Both the position numbers and the translations under genes were made by a program. The notes beneath the pieces are model-generated. The model was given only the letters and a program-made list of their open reading frames with translations. It had not been told where the DNA came from and made no database searches. A stretch of 64,000 nt of DNA, taken from assembly GCF_009914755.1 (NCBI RefSeq), contig NC_060940.1; one strand, given 5' to 3'. Shown in pieces: positions 42,785-58,000 of the stretch (positions are counted from its first letter, which is position 1; each line of letters begins with the position of its first letter). Source of the stretch: the human T2T-CHM13v2.0 reference genome, Homo sapiens.

Positions 42785-45700
42785 ACTCGACGATGATTCC
42801 ATTCGAGTCCATTCGATGATACCATTCAATTCCATTCGTTGATGCTTCCATTCAAGTGCATTCGATGATATCATTCGATTCCATTTGATGATAATTCCAT
42901 TTGATTCCATGCGATGATTCTATTCGATTCCATTCAATGATAATTCCATTCAATTCAGTGATTCCTCTGGACTCCATTTGATGATGATTCCATTCAATGA
43001 TTCCATTCGATTCTATTCGAAAATGATTCCATTTGAATCCATTTGATGATGATTCCATTAGATTCCATTTGATGATTCCATTCGATTCCATTCGACGATG
43101 ATTCCATTCGATTCCGTTTGATGATTCCATTCTATTCTATTCGATGATGATTCCATTCGATTCCATTCGATGATGATTGGATTCGATTCCATTTGATGAT
43201 TTCATTTGATTCCGTTCGTTAATGATTTCGATCAATTCCATTCGATGATTCCATTCGATTCCATTCGATAATGATTACATCCGAGTCCATTCGATGATTC
43301 CCTTTGAGCCTGTTCGATAATTCCATTTGAGTCCAACCAATGATTCCATTCATTTCCATTCAATGATTCCATTCGAGTCCATTTGATCATTCCGGTAGGG
43401 TCCATTCGATGTTGATTCCATTGGAGTGCATTCGATGATTCCATTCGAGTCCATTTTAGGATTTGATTCGAGTCCTTTCGATGATTCCATTCGATTCCAC
43501 TCGATGATGATTTCATTCGAGTCCATTCGACACTTCCAATCGATTCCATTTGATGATTCCATTCGAGTCCAATTGATGATTCCATTCAATTCCATTCGAT
43601 GATGATTCCGTACGATTCCATTCTGTGATGATTCCATGTGATTGCATTCAATGATGATTCCTTTCGATTGCATTCGATTATGATTCATTTCGTGTTCATT
43701 CTATGGTTCCACAGGTTTCCATTCCTGTCCATTCCATTATTCCATTCTATTCCATTTGATGATGATTCCATTCGATTCCATTCATTGGTGATTCCACTCA
43801 ATTCCATTCAATGATTCCATTCCATTTCTTTCAACAATGATTCCATTAGTTTCTAATCGATGATCCACTTGATTCCATTTGACGACGATTCCATTCTTGT
43901 CCATTCGATGATTCCATTTGATTCCATATGATGATGATTCCATTCGATTCCATACCATGATGATTCCATTCGAGTCCATTCAATGGTGATTCCATTCAAT
44001 TCCATTCGATGATTCCTTTTGATTCCATTCGATGATGATGGCATTCGATTCCTTTCAATCATTCCCTTTGATTCCATTCAAAGGTGATTTCATTCAAGTC
44101 CATTCGATAATTGCATTCGATTCCATTCTATGATGATTCCATTCGAGTCCATTTGATGATTCCATTCAATTCAAGTCAATGATGATTCCATTCGATTCCA
44201 TTCGATGATTCCATTGGATTCCATTCGATGATGATTCCATTCAAATCCATTCGATAATTCAATTCAAGTCCATTCGATGATGATTCCAATCGAATCCATT
44301 CAAAGATTCCATTCAGTTCCATTCGATGATTCCCTTAGATTCCATTCGATGATTCCACTTGATTGCATTTACGATGATTCCATTCGATTCCATGTGATGA
44401 TTCCATTCAATTCTATTCAATGATGTCTCCATTTGATTCCATTCGACCATGATTGCCTTTGATTCCATTCAATGATTCCATTCGGTTCCGTTTGATGATG
44501 ATTCCGTTCGATTCCATTTGATGATTCCATTTGATTCCATTGGATGAGTCCATTCGATTACATTCGATGATTATTCCATTCGAGTGCATTAGATGATTCC
44601 ATTCGAGTCCATTCGATGATTCCATTCGATTCCATTCGATGTTGATTCTGTTCAAATCCATTCGATGATTCCACTCGATTCCATTCGTTGACTCCATTTG
44701 ATCCCATTCGATGATTTCCTTTGATTCCCTTTGATGATCATTCCATTTGATTCAATTCGGTGATTTCATTTGATTCCATTCAGTGATGTTTCCATTCGAC
44801 TCCATTCGATGATGATTCCATTCGACTCCATTCGATTATGATTTCATTCAATTCCATTCGATAATGATTCCCTTCGAGTCCATTCGATGATTCCATTCGA
44901 TTCCATTCAACGATGATTTGATTCGTGTCCATTCGATGATTCCATTTGATTCCACTTGATGATGATTCCATTCGAGTCCATTTGATGATTCCATTCAATT
45001 CCATACTCCGATGATTTCTTTTGAGCCCACTCAATGCTTCCACTCGATTCCATATGATGATGACTCCATTCGATGAAATTCGATGATGATTCCATTCGCT
45101 TGCTTTCGATGATGATTCCACTTGAGTCCGTTAGAAGATTCTATTCAATTACATTCCATGACGATTCCGTTCGAGTCCATTTGATGATTCCATTAGACTC
45201 CATTCGACGATGATTCCATTCGATGTTATTCGATGATTCCATTCGATCTCATTCGATGATGATTCCATTCAACTCCATTCGATGTTTCCATTCGAGTTCA
45301 TTCTATTATTCCATTAGATTCCATTCGATGATGATTCCATTCGATTCCATTTGATGATTGCATTCTATTTCATTTGATGATGATTCCATTCGAGTCCACT
45401 CGATGATTCCATTCGAGTCCATTTAATGAATCCATTGGTTTCAATTCTATGATGATTACATTGGATTCCATTCGTTGATGATTTCATTCGGTTCCATTCA
45501 ATGATGATTCCATTCAATTCCTTTCAATGTTTCCATTCAATTCCATACGATGATGATTCCATTTGATTTGATTCGACAGTGAGCCATTCGATTCAATTCC
45601 ATGATGATTCTATTTGATTCAATTGGTTGACATTTCCATTCGATTCCATTCGATGATGATTCCCTTTGATTCCGTTCAAAGATGATTCCATTCTAGCCCA

Positions 45701-48700
45701 TTCAATGATTCCATTCGATTCTATTCAATGATGATTCCATTCATGTCGATTTGGTGATTCCATTTGACTTCATTTGATGATGATTCCTTTCAAGTTCATT
45801 AGATGATTCCATTCGATTCCATTTGATGATGATCCCATTCGAGTCCATTCAGTGATTCCATTCGTTTCCATTCCATGATGATTCCATTCCTTTCCATTCA
45901 ATGATTCCATTCGATTCCGTTTGATGATGATTTCATTCGAGTCCATTTGATGATTCCATTTGATTCCATTCGATGATGATTCCATTCGAGTCCATTCGAT
46001 GATTCTATTCGAATCCATTTGATGATTTCTTTTGATTATATTTGGTGATGATTCCATTGGAGTCCATTCAATGATTCCATTCTATTCCAATCGATGATGA
46101 TTCCATTAGAGTCCATTTAATGATTCCATTTGATTCCAGTCTCTGATGATTACATTCGAGTCCATACGATGATTCCACTCAATTCCATATGATGATGATT
46201 CCATTTGATTCCATTCGGTGATTCCATTCTATTCTATTCAATGGTGATTCCATTCGAGTACATTAGATGATTCCATTCGATTCCATTCAATGATGATTCT
46301 ATTTGTGTCCCTTAGATGATTCCACATGATTCCATTAGATGATGATACTATTTGAGCCCATCCAATGATTCCCTTCGATTCCATTCGATGAGGATTCCAT
46401 TCGATTCAATTCATTGGTGATTCTATTCAATTCAATTCTTTGATTCCATTCCATTCCATTCGACAATGATTCCATTCGATTTCTTTCGATGATTCCACTC
46501 GATTCCACTTGACATTGATTCCATTCGATTCCATTCAATGATTCCATTTGATTCCAGTGGATGATGATTGCCATCGATTCCATTCGATCACTCCATTCTA
46601 TTCCATTTGATGATGATTACATTCGATTCCATTTGATGATTCCATCTGATTCTATTCGAGGATTCCATTTGATTCCATTCGATGATGATTCCATTCGAGT
46701 CCATTCGATGATTTCATTCGAGTACATCCAATGATTCCATTCGAGTCCATTAGATGATTCCATTTGATTCCATTTGAAAATGATTCTACTAGAGTCCATT
46801 CAATGACTCCATTCGAGTCCATTCAACAATTCCATTCGACTCCATTCGATGATTCCATTCGATTCCATTTGATGGTTCCATTCGAGTCCATTTAATCATT
46901 ACAGTCGAGTCCATTTGGTGATTCCACTGGATTTCTTTTGATAATGATACCATTCAATTACATTTGATGATGATCCCATTCAATTTCATTTGATGATGAT
47001 TCCATTAGAGTCCATTCGATGATTTCATTCGAGTCCCTTCATTGATTCCATCCGATTTCATTGGATGATGACTCCATTCGAGTCCATTCGATGATTCCAC
47101 TTGATTCCATTAGATGACTCCATTGGAGTCCATTTGATTGTTCCATTCGATTCCATTCGATTCCTTTCGAAGATTATTCCATTTGAGTCCATTCGATGAT
47201 GATTCCATTCCATTCCATTCGATGATTCCGTTTGATTCCATTCGATGATTCCCTTCGATTCCTTTCTTTGATGATTCCATTCCATTCCATTCAATGATTC
47301 CATTCGAATCTATTCCATGATGATTCCTTTCGATTCCATTCGCTGATGTTTCCGTTCAATTCCATTCGATGATGATTCCATTCGATTCCATTCATTGAGG
47401 ATTCCATTTGATTCCATTCAATGATGATTCCATTCTATTCCATTCAATGATTGCATTCAATTCCATTCAATGATTATCCCCTTAGAGTAAACTCAACGAT
47501 TCCATTCAATACCATTCGATGATGATTCCTTTTGAGTCCATTCAATGATTTCATTCAAGTCCATTTGATGATTCCTTTCAATTCCATTCTATGATGATTC
47601 CATTCGAGTCCATTCGATGATTCCATTCGATTGCATTCGATGATTCCATTATATTCCATTCAACGGTGATTCCATTCGAGTCCATTCCATGATTCCATTA
47701 GAGTACATTTAATGATTGCTTTGTTTTCAATTCGAAGATGATTACATTGGATTCCATTCTATGATACCATTCGATTCCATTCAATGATGATTCCACTCAA
47801 ATCCATTGGATGATTCCATTCGTGTCCATTCGGTGATTTCATTAGATTCCATTCGAGGATGATTCCATTCGATTCCATTCGATGATTCCATTCAATTCCA
47901 TTCGATGATGATTCCATTCCAGTCCATATGATCATTCCATTTGATTTCATTCGATGATGATTCCATTCGATTCGATTCGACGATTCCATTCTATTCCATT
48001 CGATGATGATTCCATTCGAGTCCATTCGATCATTCCATTCGAGTCCATTTAATGATTCCATTGGGTTCAATTCAATGATGATTACATTGGATTCCGTTCT
48101 ATGATTCCATTCAATTCCGTTCATTGACAATTTGATTCCATTCGATGATGATTCCATTTGAGTTCATTCGATGATTCTATTCGATTCTCTTCGATGGTGA
48201 TTCAATTCTATTATATTGGATGATTCCATTCGATTCCATTTGATGTTGATTCAATTCGATTCTATTCGATGATGATTCCATTGGATTTCACTTGATGATT
48301 CTATTCGATTCCATTCAATGATGATTCACTTCTCGTCCATTGGATGATTCCATTTCATTCCATTCGATGGTGATTCCATTCGATTCCATTCGATGATTCC
48401 ATTTGATTCCATGCGACGGTGAGCAATTCGATTCAATTCCATGATGATTCTATTTGATTCAATTAGATGATGTTTCCATTCGAATCCATTCCATGATTAT
48501 TCCATTGGAATCCATTCGGCGATGATTCCATATGAGTCAATTCAATGATGATTCCATATGGGTCCGTTCGATGATAATTCCATTTGATTTCATTCGATGC
48601 TTCTATTCTATTCCAGTCGATGATGATTCCGTTGGAGTCCATACGATGATTCCATTTGATTTCATTTGATGATGATTCCATTCGATGATGATTACATTGG

Positions 48701-48896
48701 ATTCCATTCTATGATTCCATTCAATTCCATTCGTTGATGATTCGATTCCATTCAATGATGATTCCATTTGAGTTCATTCGATGATTCTATTCGATTCCGT
48801 TCGATGGTGATTCAATTCTATTATATTGGATGATTCCACTCGATTCCATTTGATGATTATTCCATTGGAGTCCACTTAGTGAATCCTTTAGATTCT
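42785..48896 (+). repeat. Higher-order unit 8 (6,112 bp)
   Basis: Marker ORF 42852 to 48964. Confidence 0.95.
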
Positions 48897-51800
48897 ACTC
48901 GACGATGATTCCATTCGAGTCCATTCGATGATACCATTCAATTCCATTCGTTGATGCTTCCATTCAAGTGCATTCGATGATATCATTCGATTCCATTTGA
49001 TGATAATTCCATTTGATTCCATGCGATGATTCTATTCGATTCCATTCAATGATAATTCCATTCAATTCAGTGATTCCTCTGGACTCCATTTGATGATGAT
49101 TCCATTCAATGATTCCATTCGATTCTATTCGAAAATGATTCCATTTGAATCCATTTGATGATGATTCCATTAGATTCCATTTGATGATTCCATTCGATTC
49201 CATTCGACGATGATTCCATTCGATTCCGTTTGATGATTCCATTCTATTCTATTCGATGATGATTCCATTCGATTCCATTCGATGATGATTGGATTCGATT
49301 CCATTTGATGATTTCATTTGATTCCATTCGTTAATGATTTCGATCAATTCCATTCGATGATTCCATTCGATTCCATTCGATAATGATTACATCCGAGTCC
49401 ATTCGATGATTCCCTTTGAGCCTGTTCGATAATTCCATTTGAGTCCAACCAATGATTCCATTCATTTCCATTCAATGATTCCATTCGAGTCCATTTGATC
49501 ATTCCGGTAGGGTCCATTCGATGTTGATTCCATTGGAGTGCATTCGATGATTCCATTCGAGTCCATTTTAGGATTTGATTCGAGTCCTTTCGATGATTCC
49601 ATTCGATTCCACTCGATGATGATTTCATTCGAGTCCATTCGACACTTCCAATCGATTCCATTTGATGATTCCATTCGAGTCCAATTGATGATTCCATTCA
49701 ATTCCATTCGATGATGATTCCGTACGATTCCATTCTGTGATGATTCCATGTGATTGCATTCAATGATGATTCCTTTCGATTGCATTCGATTATGATTCAT
49801 TTCGTGTTCATTCTATGGTTCCACAGGTTTCCATTCGTGTCCATTCCATTATTCCATTCTATTCCATTTGATGATGATTCCATTCGATTCCATTCATTGG
49901 TGATTCCACTCAATTCCATTCAATGATTCCATTCCATTTCTTTCAACAATGATTCCATTACTTTCTAATCGATGATCCACTTGATTCCATTTGACGACGA
50001 TTCCATTCTTGTCCATTCGATGATTCCATTTGATTCCATATGATGATGATTCCATTCGATTCCATACCATGATGATTCCATTCGAGTCCATTCAACGGTG
50101 ATTCCATTCAATTCCATTCGATGATTCCTTTCGATTCCATTCGATGATGATGGCATTCGATTCCTTTCAATCATTCCCTTTGATTCCATTCAAAGGTGAT
50201 TTCATTCAAGTCCATTCGATAATTGCATTCGATTCCATTCTATGATGATTCCATTCGAGTCCATTTGATGATTCCATTCAATTCAAGTCAATGATGATTC
50301 CATTCGATTCCATTCGATGATTCCATTGGATTCCATTCGATGATGATTCCATTCAAATCCATTCGATAATTCAATTCAAGTCCATTCGATGATGATTCCA
50401 ATCGAATCCATTCAAAGATTCCATTCAGTTCCATTCGATGATTCCCTTAGATTCCATTCGATGATTCCACTTGATTGCATTTACGATGATTCCATTCGAT
50501 TCCATGTGATGATTCCATTCAATTCTATTCAATGATGTCTCCATTTGATTCCATTCGACCATGATTGCCTTTGATTCCATTCAATGATTCCATTCGGTTC
50601 CGTTTGATGATGATTCCGTTCGATTCCATTTGATGATTCCATTTGATTCCATTGGATGAGTCCATTCGATTACATTCGATGATTATTCCATTCGAGTGCA
50701 TTAGATGATTCCATTCGAGTCCATTCGATGATTCCATTCGATTCCATTCGATGTTGATTCTGTTCAAATCCATTCGATGATTCCACTCGATTCCATTCGT
50801 TGACTCCATTTGATCCCATTCGATGATTTCCTTTGATTCCCTTTGATGATCATTCCATTTGATTCAATTCGGTGATTTCATTTGATTCCATTCAGTGATG
50901 TTTCCATTCGACTCCATTCGATGATGATTCCATTCGACTCCATTCGATTATGATTTCATTCAATTCCATTCGATAATGATTCCCTTCGAGTCCATTCGAT
51001 GATTCCATTCGATTCCATTCAACGATGATTTGATTCGTGTCCATTCGATGATTCCATTTGATTCCACTTGATGATGATTCCATTCGAGTCCATTTGATGA
51101 TTCCATTCAATTCCATACTCCGATGATTTCTTTTGAGCCCACTCAATGCTTCCACTCGATTCCATATGATGATGACTCCATTCGATGAAATTCGATGATG
51201 ATTCCATTCGCTTGCTTTCGATGATGATTCCACTTGAGTCCGTTAGAAGATTCTATTCAATTACATTCCAGGACGATTCCGTTCGAGTCCATTTGATGAT
51301 TCCATTAGACTCCATTCGACGATGATTCCATTCGATGTTATTCGATGATTCCATTCGATCTCATTCGATGATGATTCCATTCAACTCCATTCGATGTTTC
51401 CATTCGAGTTCATTCTATTATTCCATTAGATTCCATTCGATGATGATTCCATTCGATTCCATTTGATGATTGCATTCTATTTCATTTGATGATGATTCCA
51501 TTCGAGTCCACTCGATGATTCCATTCGAGTCCATTTAATGAATCCATTGGTTTCAATTCTATGATGATTACATTGGATTCCATTCGTTGATGATTTCATT
51601 CGGTTCCATTCAATGATGATTCCATTCAATTCCTTTCAATGTTTCCATTCAATTCCATACGATGATGATTCCATTTGATTTGATTCGACAGTGAGCCATT
51701 CGATTCAATTCCATGATGATTCTATTTGATTCAATTGGTTGACATTTCCATTCGATTCCATTCGATGATGATTCCCTTTGATTCCGTTCAAAGATGATTC

Positions 51801-54800
51801 CATTCTAGCCCATTCAATGATTCCATTCGATTCTATTCAATGATGATTCCATTCATGTCGATTTGGTGATTCCATTTGACTTCATTTGATGATGATTCCT
51901 TTCAAGTTCATTAGATGATTCCATTCGATTCCATTTGATGATGATCCCATTCGAGTCCATTCAGTGATTCCATTCGTTTCCATTCCATGATGATTCCATT
52001 CCTTTCCATTCAATGATTCCATTCGATTCCGTTTGATGATGATTTCATTCGAGTCCATTTGATGATTCCATTTGATTCCATTCGATGATGATTCCATTCG
52101 AGTCCATTCGATGATTCTATTCGAATCCATTTGATGATTTCTTTTGATTATATTTGGTGATGATTCCATTGGAGTCCATTCAATGATTCCATTCTATTCC
52201 AATCGATGATGATTCCATTAGAGTCCATTTAATGATTCCATTTGATTCCAGTCTCTGATGATTACATTCGAGTCCATACGATGATTCCACTCAATTCCAT
52301 ATGATGATGATTCCATTTGATTCCATTCGGTGATTCCATTCTATTCTATTCAATGGTGATTCCATTCGAGTACATTAGATGATTCCATTCGATTCCATTC
52401 AATGATGATTCTATTTGTGTCCCTTAGATGATTCCACATGATTCCATTAGATGATGATACTATTTGAGCCCATCCAATGATTCCCTTCGATTCCATTCGA
52501 TGAGGATTCCATTCGATTCAATTCATTGGTGATTCTATTCAATTCAATTCTTTGATTCCATTCCATTCCATTCGACAATGATTCCATTCGATTTCTTTCG
52601 ATGATTCCACTCGATTCCACTTGACATTGATTCCATTCGATTCCATTCAATGATTCCATTTGATTCCAGTGGATGATGATTGCCATCGATTCCATTCGAT
52701 CACTCCATTCTATTCCATTTGATGATGATTACATTCGATTCCATTTGATGATTCCATCTGATTCTATTCGAGGATTCCATTTGATTCCATTCGATGATGA
52801 TTCCATTCGAGTCCATTCGATGATTTCATTCGAGTACATCCAATGATTCCATTCGAGTCCATTAGATGATTCCATTTGATTCCATTTGAAAATGATTCTA
52901 CTAGAGTCCATTCAATGACTCCATTCGAGTCCATTCAACAATTCCATTCGACTCCATTCGATGATTCCATTCGATTCCATTTGATGGTTCCATTCGAGTC
53001 CATTTAATCATTACAGTCGAGTCCATTTGGTGATTCCACTGGATTTCTTTTGATAATGATACCATTCAATTACATTTGATGATGATCCCATTCAATTTCA
53101 TTTGATGATGATTCCATTAGAGTCCATTCGATGATTTCATTCGAGTCCCTTCATTGATTCCATCCGATTTCATTGGATGATGACTCCATTCGAGTCCATT
53201 CGATGATTCCACTCGATTCCATTAGATGACTCCATTGGAGTCCATTTGATTGTTCCATTCGATTCCATTCGATTCCTTTCGAAGATTATTCCATTTGAGT
53301 CCATTCGATGATGATTCCATTCCATTCCATTCGATGATTCCGTTTGATTCCATTCGATGATTCCCTTCGATTCCTTTCTTTGATGATTCCATTCCATTCC
53401 ATTCAATGATTCCATTCGAATCTATTCCATGATGATTCCTTTCGATTCCATTCGCTGATGTTTCCGTTCAATTCCATTCGATGATGATTCCATTCGATTC
53501 CATTCATTGAGGATTCCATTTGATTCCATTCAATGATGATTCCATTCTATTCCATTCAATGATTGCATTCAATTCCATTCAATGATTATCCCCTTAGAGT
53601 AAACTCAACGATTCCATTCAATACCATTCGATGATGATTCCTTTTGAGTCCATTCAATGATTTCATTCAAGTCCATTTGATGATTCCTTTCAATTCCATT
53701 CTATGATGATTCCATTCGAGTCCATTCGATGATTCCATTCGATTGCATTCGATGATTCCATTATATTCCATTCAACGGTGATTCCATTCGAGTCCATTCC
53801 ATGATTCCATTAGAGTACATTTAATGATTGCTTTGTTTTCAATTCGAAGATGATTACATTGGATTCCATTCTATGATACCATTCGATTCCATTCAATGAT
53901 GATTCCACTCAAATCCATTGGATGATTCCATTCGTGTCCATTCGGTGATTTCATTAGATTCCATTCGAGGATGATTCCATTCGATTCCATTCGATGATTC
54001 CATTCAATTCCATTCGATGATGATTCCATTCCAGTCCATATGATCATTCCATTTGATTTCATTCGATGATGATTCCATTCGATTCGATTCGACGATTCCA
54101 TTCTATTCCATTCGATGATGATTCCATTCGAGTCCATTCGATCATTCCATTCGAGTCCATTTAATGATTCCATTGGGTTCAATTCAATGATGATTACATT
54201 GGATTCCGTTCTATGATTCCATTCAATTCCGTTCATTGACAATTTGATTCCATTCGATGATGATTCCATTTGAGTTCATTCGATGATTCTATTCGATTCT
54301 CTTCGATGGTGATTCAATTCTATTATATTGGATGATTCCATTCGATTCCATTTGATGTTGATTCAATTCGATTCTATTCGATGATGATTCCATTGGATTT
54401 CACTTGATGATTCTATTCGATTCCATTCAATGATGATTCACTTCTCGTCCATTGGATGATTCCATTTCATTCCATTCGATGGTGATTCCATTCGATTCCA
54501 TTCGATGATTCCATTTGATTCCATGCGACGGTGAGCAATTCGATTCAATTCCATGATGATTCTATTTGATTCAATTAGATGATGTTTCCATTCGAATCCA
54601 TTCCATGATTATTCCATTGGAATCCATTCGGCGATGATTCCATATGAGTCAATTCAATGATGATTCCATATGGGTCCGTTCGATGATAATTCCATTTGAT
54701 TTCATTCGATGCTTCTATTCTATTCCAGTCGATGATGATTCCGTTGGAGTCCATACGATGATTCCATTTGATTTCATTTGATGATGATTCCATTCGATGA

Positions 54801-55008
54801 TGATTACATTGGATTCCATTCTATGATTCCATTCAATTCCATTCGTTGATGATTCGATTCCATTCAATGATGATTCCATTTGAGTTCATTCGATGATTCT
54901 ATTCGATTCCGTTCGATGGTGATTCAATTCTATTATATTGGATGATTCCACTCGATTCCATTTGATGATTATTCCATTGGAGTCCACTTAGTGAATCCTT
55001 TAGATTCT
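48897..55008 (+). repeat. Higher-order unit 9 (6,112 bp)
   Basis: Marker ORF 48964 to 55076. Confidence 0.95.
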
Positions 55009-58000
55009 ACTCGACGATGATTCCATTCGAGTCCATTCGATGATACCATTCAATTCCATTCGTTGATGCTTCCATTCAAGTGCATTCGATGATATCATTC
55101 GATTCCATTTGATGATAATTCCATTTGATTCCATGCGATGATTCTATTCGATTCCATTCAATGATAATTCCATTCAATTCAGTGATTCCTCTGGACTCCA
55201 TTTGATGATGATTCCATTCAATGATTCCATTCGATTCTATTCGAAAATGATTCCATTTGAATCCATTTGATGATGATTCCATTAGATTCCATTTGATGAT
55301 TCCATTCGATTCCATTCGACGATGATTCCATTCGATTCCGTTTGATGATTCCATTCTATTCTATTCGATGATGATTCCATTCGATTCCATTCGATGATGA
55401 TTGGATTCGATTCCATTTGATGATTTCATTTGATTCCATTCGTTAATGATTTCGATCAATTCCATTCGATGATTCCATTCGATTCCATTCGATAATGATT
55501 ACATCCGAGTCCATTCGATGATTCCCTTTGAGCCTGTTCGATAATTCCATTTGAGTCCAACCAATGATTCCATTCATTTCCATTCAATGATTCCATTCGA
55601 GTCCATTTGATCATTCCGGTAGGGTCCATTCGATGTTGATTCCATTGGAGTGCATTCGATGATTCCATTCGAGTCCATTTTAGGATTTGATTCGAGTCCT
55701 TTCGATGATTCCATTCGATTCCACTCGATGATGATTTCATTCGAGTCCATTCGACACTTCCAATCGATTCCATTTGATGATTCCATTCGAGTCCAATTGA
55801 TGATTCCATTCAATTCCATTCGATGATGATTCCGTACGATTCCATTCTGTGATGATTCCATGTGATTGCATTCAATGATGATTCCTTTCGATTGCATTCG
55901 ATTATGATTCATTTCGTGTTCATTCTATGGTTCCACAGGTTTCCATTCGTGTCCATTCCATTATTCCATTCTATTCCATTTGATGATGATTCCATTCGAT
56001 TCCATTCATTGGTGATTCCACTCAATTCCATTCAATGATTCCATTCCATTTCTTTCAACAATGATTCCATTAGTTTCTAATCGATGATCCACTTGATTCC
56101 ATTTGACGACGATTCCATTCTTGTCCATTCGATGATTCCATTTGATTCCATATGATGATGATTCCATTCGATTCCATACCATGATGATTCCATTCGAGTC
56201 CATTCAACGGTGATTCCATTCAATTCCATTCGATGATTCCTTTCGATTCCATTCGATGATGATGGCATTCGATTCCTTTCAATCATTCCCTTTGATTCCA
56301 TTCAAAGGTGATTTCATTCAAGTCCATTCGATAATTGCATTCGATTCCATTCTATGATGATTCCATTCGAGTCCATTTGATGATTCCATTCAATTCAAGT
56401 CAATGATGATTCCATTCGATTCCATTCGATGATTCCATTGGATTCCATTCGATGATGATTCCATTCAAATCCATTCGATAATTCAATTCAAGTCCATTCG
56501 ATGATGATTCCAATCGAATCCATTCAAAGATTCCATTCAGTTCCATTCGATGATTCCCTTAGATTCCATTCGATGATTCCACTTGATTGCATTTACGATG
56601 ATTCCATTCGATTCCATGTGATGATTCCATTCAATTCTATTCAATGATGTCTCCATTTGATTCCATTCGACCATGATTGCCTTTGATTCCATTCAATGAT
56701 TCCATTCGGTTCCGTTTGATGATGATTCCGTTCGATTCCATTTGATGATTCCATTTGATTCCATTGGATGAGTCCATTCGATTACATTCGATGATTATTC
56801 CATTCGAGTGCATTAGATGATTCCATTCGAGTCCATTCGATGATTCCATTCGATTCCATTCGATGTTGATTCTGTTCAAATCCATTCGATGATTCCACTC
56901 GATTCCATTCGTTGACTCCATTTGATCCCATTCGATGATTTCCTTTGATTCCCTTTGATGATCATTCCATTTGATTCAATTCGGTGATTTCATTTGATTC
57001 CATTCAGTGATGTTTCCATTCGACTCCATTCGATGATGATTCCATTCGACTCCATTCGATTATGATTTCATTCAATTCCATTCGATAATGATTCCCTTCG
57101 AGTCCATTCGATGATTCCATTCGATTCCATTCAACGATGATTTGATTCGTGTCCATTCGATGATTCCATTTGATTCCACTTGATGATGATTCCATTCGAG
57201 TCCATTTGATGATTCCATTCAATTCCATACTCCGATGATTTCTTTTGAGCCCACTCAATGCTTCCACTCGATTCCATATGATGATGACTCCATTCGATGA
57301 AATTCGATGATGATTCCATTCGCTTGCTTTCGATGATGATTCCACTTGAGTCCGTTAGAAGATTCTATTCAATTACATTCCAGGACGATTCCGTTCGAGT
57401 CCATTTGATGATTCCATTAGACTCCATTCGACGATGATTCCATTCGATGTTATTCGATGATTCCATTCGATCTCATTCGATGATGATTCCATTCAACTCC
57501 ATTCGATGTTTCCATTCGAGTTCATTCTATTATTCCATTAGATTCCATTCGATGATGATTCCATTCGATTCCATTTGATGATTGCATTCTATTTCATTTG
57601 ATGATGATTCCATTCGAGTCCACTCGATGATTCCATTCGAGTCCATTTAATGAATCCATTGGTTTCAATTCTATGATGATTACATTGGATTCCATTCGTT
57701 GATGATTTCATTCGGTTCCATTCAATGATGATTCCATTCAATTCCTTTCAATGTTTCCATTCAATTCCATACGATGATGATTCCATTTGATTTGATTCGA
57801 CAGTGAGCCATTCGATTCAATTCCATGATGATTCTATTTGATTCAATTGGTTGACATTTCCATTCGATTCCATTCGATGATGATTCCCTTTGATTCCGTT
57901 CAAAGATGATTCCATTCTAGCCCATTCAATCATTCCATTCGATTCTATTCAATGATGATTCCATTCATGTCGATTTGGTGATTCCATTTGACTTCATTTG

